Shown: positions 48,871 to 59,416, numbered from the stretch's first letter. The stretch: 64,000 nt of DNA from Candidatus Wirthbacteria bacterium (GCA_903889905.1 CAISZI010000048.1:70668-134667); one strand, 5' to 3'. The notes: generated by a model not told the origin, from the letters alone. Program-made: numbers and translations.

Positions 48871-49725
48871 ATGAACAGAGACATCACCCACAAAGTCATC
48901 CTGATTACCGGCGCCACGGATGGCATGGGCCTGGAAACGGCACGGGCACTGGCGAAGCACAATCCGAGACTTGTTCTGGTTGGGCGAAATGCCACCAAAG
49001 GTCAGCGAGTGGTGGAGGAGCTCAAACAAGAATCCGGAAACCAGGCGATCGAATTTATGCAAGCCGACCTTTCGGCCCAACAAGACATCCGGGAATTGGT
49101 CAAGACATTCAAATCCAAATACGACCGTCTGGATGTTCTGATCAATAACGCCGGGGCTTATATCCCCGTCAAACAACTTTCGGCTGATGGCTTTGAGATG
49201 ACCTTTGCGCTCAATCACCTGGGGTACTTCCTCCTGACCAATCTGCTCCTGGACGAGCTGACCCGCTCCGCTCCCTCCAGAATTATCAATATCTCATCGG
49301 CTGCGCACGCCAGTGCGAGATTCGATATCAATAATCTCAACAGCGAAGGCAAATACTCCCCCTGGAACGCCTACGCCACCTCCAAACTGGAGAATCTCTA
49401 CTTCACCTACGAACTGGCCGACAGGCTCAAGGGAACCGATGTCACGGTCAATGCCGTCCATCCGGGCCTGGTCAATTCCCAATTTGGCAAACAAGGCAGC
49501 GGCCCATTTCTGGCCATTTTCCGGCTTATGCAGAAATTCATCGGCAAAACAGCTGCCAATGGCGCCAAAACGAGTATTTATCTGGCGCTGGCTGATGAAG
49601 TTGAAGGAATAACGGGATCATATTTTGCCAATGAAAAAATGGCGCAGTCGAGTAAGGTGTCGCAGGATAGGGAGATGGGGAGGAAATTGTGGGAGATGTC
49701 GGAGAAGATGACGAGAATTAATTAA
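48871..49725 (+). CDS. SDR family oxidoreductase (retinol dehydrogenase-like)
   Basis: ITGATDGMG, NNAG, FALNHLGYF, YATSK, VHPG. Confidence 0.92.
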   Translation: MNRDITHKVILITGATDGMGLETARALAKHNPRLVLVGRNATKGQRVVEELKQESGNQAIEFMQADLSAQQDIRELVKTFKSKYDRLDVLINNAGAYIPVKQLSADGFEMTFALNHLGYFLLTNLLLDELTRSAPSRIINISSAAHASARFDINNLNSEGKYSPWNAYATSKLENLYFTYELADRLKGTDVTVNAVHPGLVNSQFGKQGSGPFLAIFRLMQKFIGKTAANGAKTSIYLALADEVEGITGSYFANEKMAQSSKVSQDREMGRKLWEMSEKMTRIN

Positions 49726-49738
49726 TAGGCGAATTAAC

Positions 49739-50188
49739 ATGACCGAAACAACCTCTCTCCTCGCCGGTGTTGCTGGTGAATACTTTGTCGCGGCAGAGTT
49801 ATCCAGGCGCGGGTTTATTGCCTCAATAACTCTGCGTAATACCAAAGGTGTTGATATCCTCTGTTCCAATCAAGACGCGTCAAAGACGATTGGAATCCAG
49901 GTAAAAACAAACCGGGGGAAGACCAGAAGTTGGATCCTGAAGCAAAAAGCTGAGGACTATATGGCTGATGACCTTTTCTATGTCTTTGTAAATCTAAATG
50001 ACGGAGAGGGGCACCCCGATTATTTTATTGTCCCCAGTAATGATGTTGCGAAGTATGTCAGAGAATCACATGCAAACTGGCTCGATAAGCCAGGAAAAAA
50101 AGGGCAGAAACACAACGACACCACGATGCGACAGTTTCTTGATCGTGATGAAAAATATCGAAACAAATGGGAACTACTGAATCTATAG
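49739..50188 (+). CDS. Small PD-(D/E)XK superfamily endonuclease-like protein
   Basis: AGEYFVAAELSRRG...VDI...IQVKT (E..D..QxK catalytic pattern). Confidence 0.75.
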   Translation: MTETTSLLAGVAGEYFVAAELSRRGFIASITLRNTKGVDILCSNQDASKTIGIQVKTNRGKTRSWILKQKAEDYMADDLFYVFVNLNDGEGHPDYFIVPSNDVAKYVRESHANWLDKPGKKGQKHNDTTMRQFLDRDEKYRNKWELLNL

Positions 50189-50206
50189 TCACTAGTGTTA
50201 AAAATC

Positions 50207-53200
50207 CTAAAACACACTCTTCCCATCCCCATAATACCCATCAAACACATGCGAGAAGATCGCCCCGCACTTCTCTTCGTAGAGTTTCTTGTCATAGATC
50301 GCCGGCAAGTGTTCGAGCGAGTCTTTAATTGCAACCTCAATTGATGCCCTGGCAAACTCTTTGGCTCTCCAATCAAGCACCAGAAGGTCTTTGAGCTTCT
50401 GAAGGAGCTCACGTGCTACCTTTTTGACATCTCCCTGCTCCTGCTTGTTGAGTTTTGGGTCTGGCTTGGTCAGGAGGTCAAAGATAGCCAGTTCTTCCTC
50501 GTCACTTAGCCCTTCCCTGACTGCTCTTTTTTCTTCCTCTTCCAGATCCGCGGCAAAGGTGACCAAGTCCTGGTAGATCTCCTCCAATGAATGGCTCCCC
50601 GCGTTGTATTCGGCGACCATGTCTTTGAATTTCTTCACCAAATCGATCCGGGTACGGTTCATCTCGAATAGATGATTCACTTTGCCTTCGAGCAGCTTCT
50701 GCAAGAGGTCAATGGCATGGCGTCTGCGGCCTTCCTCGAACTGCTTCGCGAGCTTGTCAAAGTCAATTTTGCTTAGATCCATGGGTTGGGGGGATGTAAT
50801 CGAATACCCTGTTGTCCCGATCGTGTCATCGAGAAGGCCATCTACCTTGCGGACGATGCTGGTGATATCGACATCCGGTCGACGGGATTGGATGTTCTCG
50901 GCAATGGTCAGATACAGCTTGACCCGGTCATAGTAGGCAGCTACCCTGCCATCTGGTAGAACAGCTTTATAGAGCTGGTAGCACCCCTGCGTCATCTCCA
51001 GATAGTCTTTGCGGGTCTGCTCTGAGCTCATCAGGGCTTCAGAGGCGTTGTTGACTAGTTTTAGAAGCTCAACACGCTCCTTCCCAAGCATCTCTGCCGC
51101 TTGGATGCCGAGCTTGGCACAGAATGTGTTCAGTTTATCGAATCGATCTTCCAATTCCGCCAGAATCTCGTCTTTTTCCTTGATCGGGGTATCCTCTCCA
51201 TCTCCTCCCTGGTCGGCACCATAGATTGCCAGAGCCTTCTGAAGATTCCTAAAGACACCGATGTAATCGACAATGATACCATTGGGTTTGGTCTTGAAGA
51301 CACGATTGGCCCGGGCGATGGTCTGCATCAAGGTATGGTTCTTCATAGGACGGTCAAGGTAGACCGTCGAACAGGACTGGGCATCAAAGCCAGTCATCCA
51401 CATGGCGCAGACAAAGGCAATTCGAAGAGGATGATCCGCATCTTTGAATTCTTCCGCCAAGTCTTCCTTGTTCATGCGATCCCGGTGGGGTTTGGCATCA
51501 ATGCCATACTTTCGGGCATCATCGATCTCGTTCTGGCCTTGGGAGACCACCACAGCCATGTCAGTTGATTCCATGAAGTTGATTTTCGTCTCCAATGTTT
51601 CCAGCTTCTCGTCCCTGGCGTAGTAGAGCTCTTTGCGCAGGTCCTTGATCTTGGCATCCCAGTACTTCTTGACCTTTTCGAACATGCGATAGGTGGTCAG
51701 TTTATCAATGCTGACGATCATAGCCTTGCCAGGATAGCCCCGCCCGACAATGTGATCCACGATATCGCTCGCAATTCGCTCCAGACGTTCATCCCGGGTA
51801 ATCAAGTGGTATTGCTTGGAAAAATACCGCTGGAGCTTCAATTCTTGCTCATCGCTGAGCTCCTCTTGCTCCAGTAATTCATCCAGTTTGTCCGTTAGCT
51901 CTTGCTCATCGAGCTGGAGCTCTGGAATACGATTTTCATAAAACAGTGGCACGGTGGCATTGTCATCCACAGATTGCTTGAAGTTATAAATACTGACGTA
52001 ATCTCCAAATGTCTCCCGTGTCTTTTCCTCTCCGGCACCTTTGATCAAAGGGGTGCCTGTAAAGGCAATGAAACTGGCATGGGGAAGGCCTTCGCGCATG
52101 TTCATGGCCAAGGTGTCGTATTGGGAACGGTGGGCTTCGTCAGCCATGACAATGATGTCATTGCGGTCAGATAGGAGATCCCGATCACGGAACTTGTGGA
52201 TCAAGGTAAAGACATAACGGTGATCCTCGTGCAAAAGCTTCTTCAGATGTTCTGCCGACTCAGCATGAACCTGATCTTCTGGTTCGGAGACGGCTCCCGC
52301 TCCAGCAAAATTTTGATAAATTTGTTTATCAAGCTCTTTACGGTCAGTTAGCACCACAAATGTCCAGTTACCCGGCAGCTTCCTGAAGATCTTCTGGGAG
52401 TAAAAGATCATGGAGTAGCTCTTGCCGCTCCCCTGCGTATGCCAAAAGACGCCGGCGGCACCCTGGCCCTTGGGTTTGGCTTTGAATACCTCGATGGCTT
52501 GATTAACACCCAAAAACTGATGATTCTTGGCGACAATCTTGGCGATGCCACCGCGAACTTCTACAAACAGGGTAAAATTCTCAATCAAATCCAATAGTCT
52601 CGTCTTGTCACAAGTTCCACGGATCATGGCTTCCAGGGATATCTGAGGCTTCTCGTCTTCCTTCTCTACCTTTTTCCACTGGCTGAAATGCTCCCAGGTG
52701 GCGCTGACGCTACCCATGCGGCTATCCGTACCATTGGTGAGGATGATCATGGCGTTATACCAAAACAGCTGCGGGATGGTGTCCTTGTAATCCCGGATAT
52801 TGTCATCGAAGGCTTCCTTGACTGAATGGCTGGCGGATTTGTTCTCAATAAGCACCAAAGGGATGCCATTCACATACCCGATCAGGTCCGTGCGACGGGT
52901 ATAGTACTTACCGGTGATCCAAAGCTGCGAAACCAACAAGAAGTCATTATCGTTGGGGTTATCCCAATCAATGACCCGCAGATTAACTGTTTGTTCTGTT
53001 CCTTGATCATCCTTGAAACTAACCTTGATGCCATCGTGGATGAGTGCGTAGACCTCTTGATTGGCCCTGGTTAGGCTTTTGGTACTGCGATCGAGGGTAA
53101 GTTGGGCTATGGCATCATTGAGGACTTGGGAAGGAACATCGGGGTTAAGTTTTGTCAGAGCTTCCCGAAGGCGCGGCAAGAGCAGAACATCAGCTCGGAT

Positions 53201-53326
53201 TTGGCGCCCAAGGATACTGGTTGGGCCGGGGATTTCGTCAAAACAATCGACATGGGACCATTTCATGCCTTGGAAGAGGTCAATGCCAGACTTCTCAACG
53301 AGGGAATCTTCGGAGAATGGGTTCAT
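50207..53326 (-). CDS. hsdR: Type I restriction endonuclease subunit R
   Basis: RTDLIGYVNGIPLVLIENK nuclease motif, HTQGSGKS, DEAHRSQY, FTGTP, TGFDA, QTIARANR. Confidence 0.95.
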   Translation of the reverse strand: MNPFSEDSLVEKSGIDLFQGMKWSHVDCFDEIPGPTSILGRQIRADVLLLPRLREALTKLNPDVPSQVLNDAIAQLTLDRSTKSLTRANQEVYALIHDGIKVSFKDDQGTEQTVNLRVIDWDNPNDNDFLLVSQLWITGKYYTRRTDLIGYVNGIPLVLIENKSASHSVKEAFDDNIRDYKDTIPQLFWYNAMIILTNGTDSRMGSVSATWEHFSQWKKVEKEDEKPQISLEAMIRGTCDKTRLLDLIENFTLFVEVRGGIAKIVAKNHQFLGVNQAIEVFKAKPKGQGAAGVFWHTQGSGKSYSMIFYSQKIFRKLPGNWTFVVLTDRKELDKQIYQNFAGAGAVSEPEDQVHAESAEHLKKLLHEDHRYVFTLIHKFRDRDLLSDRNDIIVMADEAHRSQYDTLAMNMREGLPHASFIAFTGTPLIKGAGEEKTRETFGDYVSIYNFKQSVDDNATVPLFYENRIPELQLDEQELTDKLDELLEQEELSDEQELKLQRYFSKQYHLITRDERLERIASDIVDHIVGRGYPGKAMIVSIDKLTTYRMFEKVKKYWDAKIKDLRKELYYARDEKLETLETKINFMESTDMAVVVSQGQNEIDDARKYGIDAKPHRDRMNKEDLAEEFKDADHPLRIAFVCAMWMTGFDAQSCSTVYLDRPMKNHTLMQTIARANRVFKTKPNGIIVDYIGVFRNLQKALAIYGADQGGDGEDTPIKEKDEILAELEDRFDKLNTFCAKLGIQAAEMLGKERVELLKLVNNASEALMSSEQTRKDYLEMTQGCYQLYKAVLPDGRVAAYYDRVKLYLTIAENIQSRRPDVDITSIVRKVDGLLDDTIGTTGYSITSPQPMDLSKIDFDKLAKQFEEGRRRHAIDLLQKLLEGKVNHLFEMNRTRIDLVKKFKDMVAEYNAGSHSLEEIYQDLVTFAADLEEEEKRAVREGLSDEEELAIFDLLTKPDPKLNKQEQGDVKKVARELLQKLKDLLVLDWRAKEFARASIEVAIKDSLEHLPAIYDKKLYEEKCGAIFSHVFDGYYGDGKSVF

Positions 53327-54453
53327 GTGATGAAACTCAGATAATTTTCTTGATTCACGACCAGAAACGATGCCTCGGGATAGGTGGATTGAAAAATGGC
53401 AGGCGCTTTGGCCGTAGCCTTGCCCCACTTGAACTCGTACGCATCGATCTTGCCACCCTGCTCCTCGATCCAGTCGATCTCCTGCTGGTCATAGGTACGC
53501 CAGAAATAATTGCTCGTAGAAAAATGCTTATAGGTCTGATATTTGATACGCTCGCTAACGAGAAAATTTTCCCAGAGCGCACCCTGGTCATTGCGGGAAT
53601 CGAGCGGATTAAACATACTGATGACGGCATTACGCACACCATTGTCGTAGAAAAAGTATTTGGGCTTGGAGGTTAGTTCTTTGCGCAGGTTGCGGCTGAA
53701 ACCGCCGAGACGGTAGAGGGTGAATGTTTGCTCCAGGAGCCACAGGTAACGCCCAACTGTTTTGACATCGACCTCGAGCTTTTGAGCCAGCTCGGTATAG
53801 GATACCTCTGCCCCGACCTGAAAGGCGACAAGCTTGAGCAGCTTGACCAGAGTCTGCGGGCTACGGACCTGCTCCAGGGCAAATATATCCTTCAGCAGAT
53901 AAGATCCGACTAGATCGAGCAGGTACTCCTCGCGGTCTGCGTCAGTTTTTTGATTGAGCACGTCCGGATAGTTGCCATAGATGAGGTAGGAGGTCAGGGA
54001 CGATTTAAGTTCATAGGGATTGAACCTGGCAGAGAGCTCCATCTGGGACAGAGGATAGAGGTGCAGCGTTTTTTTGCGACCGACCAGCGGCTCACCAACC
54101 TGCCGGGCCAATTCAAAGGAGGACGATCCGGTAGCGATTACCCGGATGGGTTTGATCTGGTCCACGATGATCTTGAGCCCCATGCCGATATAGGGAACCA
54201 TCTGTGCCTCGTCAATCACAATGAGTTCATACCCCGCACAGAATTCCCTGATCCGGTCAAAGTCCTGTGAACCCAACACTTCCCGTACCTGAATATTGTC
54301 TCCAGACACGAGCAGATATTTCCATTTCGTGGTACTCAAGTACCGCTCGATCAGCGTGGTCTTGCCAACCCGACGGGGACCAAAGAGCAAAAGTACTCGA
54401 TTTGGCTCAAGATAGGATTCCAGATCCTGACAGTAGCGGGGTACGTATTCCAT
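53323..54453 (-). CDS. AAA_14 ATPase with DUF4143 domain
   Basis: GPRRVGKTT, IDEAQ, TGSSS, KYFFYDNG, GALWENF, FWRT..QQEID...EFKW. Confidence 0.92.
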   Translation of the reverse strand: MEYVPRYCQDLESYLEPNRVLLLFGPRRVGKTTLIERYLSTTKWKYLLVSGDNIQVREVLGSQDFDRIREFCAGYELIVIDEAQMVPYIGMGLKIIVDQIKPIRVIATGSSSFELARQVGEPLVGRKKTLHLYPLSQMELSARFNPYELKSSLTSYLIYGNYPDVLNQKTDADREEYLLDLVGSYLLKDIFALEQVRSPQTLVKLLKLVAFQVGAEVSYTELAQKLEVDVKTVGRYLWLLEQTFTLYRLGGFSRNLRKELTSKPKYFFYDNGVRNAVISMFNPLDSRNDQGALWENFLVSERIKYQTYKHFSTSNYFWRTYDQQEIDWIEEQGGKIDAYEFKWGKATAKAPAIFQSTYPEASFLVVNQENYLSFIT

Positions 54454-54489
54454 ATTTTTAGCTCAATTTAAGGATTCGTGTTCCTCAAA

Positions 54490-54518
54490 ATTATACCAAA
54501 ACGTGGATTTAGCGTCAA
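54490..54518 (-). promoter_or_regulatory. Strong sigma70 promoter for the ATPase-hsdR unit
   Basis: Minus strand TTGACG-17 bp-TATAAT with extended TG. Confidence 0.7.
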
Positions 54519-54582
54519 CTTACTTAGTATTCAGTCAAGGAAATGCCGAATTGTTCGACGAGGTAATCTTCGGAGAATTGGT

Positions 54583-54957
54583 TCATCGTGGATACACGCC
54601 TGTTGCTAAAGTCTTCAGAAAATCATCAATTCGTTGCTGAGACTCGCATTCCTGCTGGCCATGCATATAAATCTCGATGAAAACAATTTTTGCAGCGATC
54701 ACCCCAAAGGCAAACACCAGTCTCATCTTGCTTGAACCTTTGAGGCTGCGGACCATGAGGCGGGTCTTGATAATCAATAACTGTCTGGCCGTATCACGAT
54801 GGAGAATATCGTACCGATTATTGTGGTCAAAATCGACACCAACGATAAATTTACGGAAATTATCCAGATCCTGCGTCAGCGAGGCGCATTTTTTGGATAA
54901 TTTTTTCAGATCACGATCAAAAGCCGGCAGTGACTCGAACTCAAATCTCGTCGTCAT
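54583..54957 (-). CDS. RelE/ParE-like toxin
   Basis: PAFDRDLKKLSKK...KTRL...KMRLVF...FIEIY; overlaps the antitoxin 3' end. Confidence 0.65.
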   Translation of the reverse strand: MTTRFEFESLPAFDRDLKKLSKKCASLTQDLDNFRKFIVGVDFDHNNRYDILHRDTARQLLIIKTRLMVRSLKGSSKMRLVFAFGVIAAKIVFIEIYMHGQQECESQQRIDDFLKTLATGVYPR

Positions 54958-55684
54958 ACTGCCTCACCGAGTAGGGATCATTGCGATAGAAAACACTTTC
55001 GTAGGAAATTTCCTCGCCGTCGTCGTGCGCCAGCCAGGGGACATCGCCATGCGAGTAGTCACTCAATTCCTTCGCCGATTTGTCTGCAAGTTGGGTCAGC
55101 ACACGATCAATCAGATCGAGCTCACGACCACTCAGTTTGGTCAAGTCAGCCACAGCGCGAGGCAGGAATTTGCGCTGGTCAAACATAAAATATTTGCTTT
55201 TGACTTCCTCCATCTCACCGTCCTGCTTCATTTGCTCAATCACCTTGATAAACTCTTTTGGGGTGGGACCATGAAGATTTTTGATATAGGTGAGGCCCAT
55301 GAGCTGTTCTTCGTATTTTTCGTAGTAGTCAAAATCGATGAAGTACAGCAATTTGTACAAAACTGTGAGACCCACGTTGGGTTTGGCGCCCACCTTGCCC
55401 AGGATATAGAGCAGGACCTGTTTGAATTTGTCCAGATGCTGCTGGGGGATATCGATGCGCATGGTCGAAGGAACGCTGGCAGGCGAAGTAGCGGCTGCCA
55501 GCGAAAAAATCTGCTCCAGTTTTTCACGTTCGGCGAGGGTCAGCGGACGCTTGCCTTGTTCAATTTTGACCAAAGTCGGACGGGAGACACCGAGCCGCGT
55601 GGCCAATTCTTGCTGCGACATGTGATATTGCTGGCGTAGTGAATGGATTTCGATGGTGGTTGGGGTAGTCATTGGAGTATCCAC
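54941..55684 (-). CDS. XRE-HTH plus Panacea (DUF4065/SocA) antitoxin
   Basis: MSQQELATRLGVSRPTLVKIEQG; LYKLLYFIDF...Y....HGP...ELSDYSH.DVPW. Confidence 0.88.
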   Translation of the reverse strand: MDTPMTTPTTIEIHSLRQQYHMSQQELATRLGVSRPTLVKIEQGKRPLTLAEREKLEQIFSLAAATSPASVPSTMRIDIPQQHLDKFKQVLLYILGKVGAKPNVGLTVLYKLLYFIDFDYYEKYEEQLMGLTYIKNLHGPTPKEFIKVIEQMKQDGEMEEVKSKYFMFDQRKFLPRAVADLTKLSGRELDLIDRVLTQLADKSAKELSDYSHGDVPWLAHDDGEEISYESVFYRNDPYSVRQYDDEI

Positions 55685-55718
55685 ATATTCATATTGATGA
55701 CACTATTTTTGTGAAATA

Positions 55719-55747
55719 ACAATACATGGATAGCGAAACAATGTCAA
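55719..55747 (-). promoter_or_regulatory. Sigma70 promoter for the TA pair
   Basis: Minus strand TTGACA-17 bp-TATTGT. Confidence 0.55.
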
Positions 55748-55761
55748 TGTTTACAAATATT

Positions 55762-56901
55762 TTACAATAATTTTACAGAGACCTCTCCACTCATCAATCT
55801 TGGCAATAACAAATTCCTCGTTATTCTAAAATTTTGGCTCTGCAAGTGAAGCTTCTGAATCAAGTCAAACATTGGCCTGACAAGTTTTGAAAATCGATCC
55901 AGACAAATAACCGGAGGTTGCGAGAGCAAGTATTGGTTGAAGCAACTTTCCTGCACGCGTTGGCGTCCAGACGCCCCCGTCATGCTCTTTATTGCATGTT
56001 TTCGAAATTCGTCACTACGAGCCAATAAATATACATACTCAGGTGTAAGTGAATGTGATCGCATAACAATATATTCTGTCGATCCAAAAGCCACCGCTTT
56101 CTCGTCAGGCAGAAATTGCACAAAACCCGTTTTACCATTTTCCAGACAGGGTGTTATCCTCGCAAGTAGTGTGTCTCTATTTTGAAATTTAGCACCGCTA
56201 TTGCCTGTTCGAGATTCAACATCGGTGATTATTATTGAATCCGTTGAAAGACATCCCATTGGGACAAACGCCTTTTCTCCATCACGGGGAACAGATACTC
56301 TTGGGTTAAAATCAACACATTCAACCACTTTCTTCACCTCCCACCCCTCCGGCACCATCCCCAATTCCGTCCCCGAATCCACCATTTTGACCTTCTCATG
56401 CCCCGGGAACCGGAACTCCACAAACCACTCCCGATAGAGCCGCCTCGCCATTTCTTCCAGGATCTGGATGCGGCGGGTGTTGTTTTCGATTAGGTCGTCG
56501 TAAGCGGAAAGAATGGAGGCGATTTTCTTTTGAACATGCAATACTGGAACATCGATCTCAATCGTCGACAAATGATTTCGATTTAATGTTGGTACTCCTG
56601 CGCCTGCGTTGAAACGAGAAAAATCTAATCCAATCAATTTAAAATATACATATCTAGGGTCATTGCCCTTGAAATCCTTAACCCAAAGAGACGTATTATG
56701 GGGCCAGTACGGATCTTTAACATATTGAACCGTTCCTAACGATCCGCTGCGTCCAATTACAACGCCAGGGGCATCCGCTTTAAATTCATGATGATACCCG
56801 ATTATCGAAGTGGATCCGACCACTGGATAAATACCATCATTCATATTGATTCTTGTAAGATCGAAACCCCTTTGTAGAGTAATGAAATCATCAAGTCTCA
56901 T
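55762..56901 (-). CDS. hsdS: Type I RM specificity subunit S
   Basis: Two TRDs separated by QKKIASILSAYDDLIENN...PEGWEV; ends RNLLLPRLMSGEV. Confidence 0.93.
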   Translation of the reverse strand: MRLDDFITLQRGFDLTRINMNDGIYPVVGSTSIIGYHHEFKADAPGVVIGRSGSLGTVQYVKDPYWPHNTSLWVKDFKGNDPRYVYFKLIGLDFSRFNAGAGVPTLNRNHLSTIEIDVPVLHVQKKIASILSAYDDLIENNTRRIQILEEMARRLYREWFVEFRFPGHEKVKMVDSGTELGMVPEGWEVKKVVECVDFNPRVSVPRDGEKAFVPMGCLSTDSIIITDVESRTGNSGAKFQNRDTLLARITPCLENGKTGFVQFLPDEKAVAFGSTEYIVMRSHSLTPEYVYLLARSDEFRKHAIKSMTGASGRQRVQESCFNQYLLSQPPVICLDRFSKLVRPMFDLIQKLHLQSQNFRITRNLLLPRLMSGEVSVKLL

Positions 56902-57706
56902 CCGGATTCTCCATTTTCTTTAACTTTTCACCCTCAATTCTCTTCCCCGCTTTTTGGACACTATCGGGCGTCGGCAGCTGTTCGGGCATGGTGCCGCCTA
57001 GTTCTTTGATCGTCTCCCGCACCTTTTTGCCGACTTGCAGGTGGGTCAGATTGGCTTTGTCCTGACCTTTGATGCCTTCTCTCCTGAGCTTGGCTTCTGC
57101 CTGCGTCGCCCGGAATAAGTTAGCGGCCAGCTCTTCACTGCCCATGTGGTCGAGGATTTGCTGGTTTTTTTTGAGTTGTTTGCGTGCATGAATGTCTTTT
57201 TGGGACAACCCGCCGTATAGCCCCATGTAGCCGTAATTTTGAAACGTCCCAAAACTGACCACACCGGCATCGTCAGCAGCCTTGGCCAGTTTTTTGTTGT
57301 GCGTTTTCATTTCTTCGCGTAGCAAAACCCGTTTGTGATCCTCGATCATCTGATCCGCCACTTCTTGCCGGTGCGTCTGGATGGCAAAGTAAGTTTGCCC
57401 CAGCGCGACGATTTCTTTGGACGGATCGGCATTCTGAACGATCAGATAGCAGGCATAGCGAGACAACCGGATATCTTCGACCTGCCGCCTGGCTCCTGAG
57501 CCAATTTCGACCATATCGTGCACATCCTCGAAATGGTCTGCAATTGCTTGACCACTGTTTTGGCAGGCAATCTTGGCTTTATCAATAACTGGCACGAAGA
57601 AACGATACTCGGAATACCCCAAAATTTTGGAAAGTTCCCTCGCTGACCAGTATTCGGACTGATATTCATTGACCTTCTTGATCGCATCGAACTGGTTGCT
57701 GGTCAT
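56891..57706 (-). CDS. dinD: DNA damage-inducible protein D
   Basis: EYWSAREL, LSRYACYLIVQNADPSK, QTYFAIQT, ILDHMGSEELAANLFRATQ, GGTMPE. Confidence 0.92.
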   Translation of the reverse strand: MTSNQFDAIKKVNEYQSEYWSARELSKILGYSEYRFFVPVIDKAKIACQNSGQAIADHFEDVHDMVEIGSGARRQVEDIRLSRYACYLIVQNADPSKEIVALGQTYFAIQTHRQEVADQMIEDHKRVLLREEMKTHNKKLAKAADDAGVVSFGTFQNYGYMGLYGGLSQKDIHARKQLKKNQQILDHMGSEELAANLFRATQAEAKLRREGIKGQDKANLTHLQVGKKVRETIKELGGTMPEQLPTPDSVQKAGKRIEGEKLKKMENPDET

Positions 57707-57709
57707 CTA

Positions 57710-59266
57710 TTACTCCTTGTGATTAGTAAAAATTAGCGCAACGTTCTTACTGATGGTTTCTTCCAGCCCATTCGCCTCAGTAGTCAGAAGCTCGAATTCA
57801 TCGTTAAGAGTCCTCAACTTGGCCTTGAAATCCTCATCACTGACTACTTCGCCATCGGCAATTCCAACATATAGCCCTGGATTTAGGGACCAACCTTGCG
57901 CCACGATTTCCGTAGCCGTCGCTACTTTGCAAAGCCCCTTCACATCCCGATATTTGCCGTCCGGAAAATTGGCTTTAAGCAAAGCATTATCAGAGTATTC
58001 CGGCACTTTCCCCCGATACATCCGGACAATGTCTGACAAAAACTGCAAATGTTCTTCCCCAAACTCCCGATGCGCTCGATCTACCTGCACGAAGTGATGC
58101 CGGGCATCGAGAAATAGAACATTGTCTTTGCGGTCCTGTGGCTTGCCCTTGTCCAAAAACCACAAAGTACAAGGCAACGTCACCGTATCAAAAAAATTGG
58201 GAGATATAGCTACCATCACATCTACATGCCCAGCTTCGATTAACTTCTGGCGGATCGCCATCTCACTATTGCGCGCATCGCTGGCAGAATTGGCCATGAC
58301 GAACCCGGCACGCCCAGTCTGATTGAGCGGGCTATAGAACTGCTGTATCCATAGGTAATTGGCATTGGACGTGGACGGCATCCCAAATGGAAACCGTTGC
58401 CGATCATCCTTCATCCGGTCCTTGTCCGCACCTTCATTATTGAATGGCGGATTAGCCATCACGAAGTCGCAGCGCCCGACGGCATGATGAGGATCTTCAT
58501 AGTAGCTGTTGCCGGTACGAATATCGCCATTGAGCCCATGGATGGCCAGGTTCATCTTAGCAAGGTTGGTATTGGAGGTCGTCAGCTCCTGCCCAATGAT
58601 CGAAAGCTCCGAGATAGGATTGTGCTGATGCCGTGCAACGAAGTCCGCACTTTGGACAAACATGCCACCCGATCCGCAAGCCGGGTCATAAATCACCCCA
58701 TGGTAGGGCTCGATAATCTCGACAATCAGCTTGACCAAAGATGTCGGGGTAAAGAACTCCCCACCCTTTTCCCCAGACTTCTTGTGAAACTTGCCCAGGA
58801 AGTACTCATAGATCTTGCCAAAGACATCGCCTTCAACCTCAGTCATCTCCGTGCTGTTAAACGTTTTGAGCAAGTTTAGTAGCACCTTCTTGTCTATCCG
58901 GGCATATCCGCGAGGTAAAACGCCCTTCAAATCAGTATTTTCTTTCTCTATCTCCTCCATCGCGTGGTCTACTGCCTTGGCAACATCATCACCATCCGTG
59001 AGGTTGATTAAATAAGAATAACGGGCCTCGGGAGTCAAATAGATCGCCCGACGCGCCAAAAAGTCCGCCTTGCCCACGGTTCGACGGCTGGAAGTGGCTT
59101 GCGAGCTTAGTTCCTGCTCAATCCGGGTAAATTTGACGTCTGCATATTTCAAAAAAATAAGACCCAAAACCGGCATCGTGTATTCCGATGGTTTCAGGTC
59201 CGCATTTCCCCACAATTGCTCAGCCGATTCCCACAAAGTGGCTTCGAGTTGTTTGTTATAGGTCAT
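57710..59266 (-). CDS. hsdM: Type I RM N6-adenine methyltransferase subunit M
   Basis: [29 protein letters not shown]. Confidence 0.95.
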   Translation of the reverse strand: MTYNKQLEATLWESAEQLWGNADLKPSEYTMPVLGLIFLKYADVKFTRIEQELSSQATSSRRTVGKADFLARRAIYLTPEARYSYLINLTDGDDVAKAVDHAMEEIEKENTDLKGVLPRGYARIDKKVLLNLLKTFNSTEMTEVEGDVFGKIYEYFLGKFHKKSGEKGGEFFTPTSLVKLIVEIIEPYHGVIYDPACGSGGMFVQSADFVARHQHNPISELSIIGQELTTSNTNLAKMNLAIHGLNGDIRTGNSYYEDPHHAVGRCDFVMANPPFNNEGADKDRMKDDRQRFPFGMPSTSNANYLWIQQFYSPLNQTGRAGFVMANSASDARNSEMAIRQKLIEAGHVDVMVAISPNFFDTVTLPCTLWFLDKGKPQDRKDNVLFLDARHHFVQVDRAHREFGEEHLQFLSDIVRMYRGKVPEYSDNALLKANFPDGKYRDVKGLCKVATATEIVAQGWSLNPGLYVGIADGEVVSDEDFKAKLRTLNDEFELLTTEANGLEETISKNVALIFTNHKE

Positions 59267-59286
59267 TCATTTCCTCGTAATTAAAT

Positions 59287-59338
59287 CACTACCGCCATTA
59301 TAGACTTCTGCATTAACCGCAGCAAATGTATACAAACC
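59287..59338 (-). repeat. Promoter-containing direct repeat, copy 1 (upstream of hsdM)
   Basis: 44/52 identical by hand alignment to 61794-61845; minus strand TTGCTG-17 bp-TATAAT. Confidence 0.8.
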
Positions 59339-59343
59339 AGCCG

Positions 59344-59390
59344 ATATTGTCAATATTATTGTTGACAATATACAATATATAGTAAATAAT
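59344..59390 (+). promoter_or_regulatory. Promoter of the mobile mystery operon with a palindromic operator over the -35 box
   Basis: ATATTGTCAA-8 nt-TTGACAATAT; TTGACA-17 bp-AATAAT. Confidence 0.6.
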
Positions 59391-59416
59391 ATTATTGACT
59401 AATTCAAAGGAATCCC

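Noticed and set aside
54677-55639. 320-aa plus-strand ORF
   Set aside because: Antisense shadow of the clearly recognisable Panacea antitoxin and toxin genes; no motifs.
55762-56901. Phase-variable hsdS shufflon
   Set aside because: Only one hsdS, with no silent TRD copies, inverted repeats or recombinase in the window.
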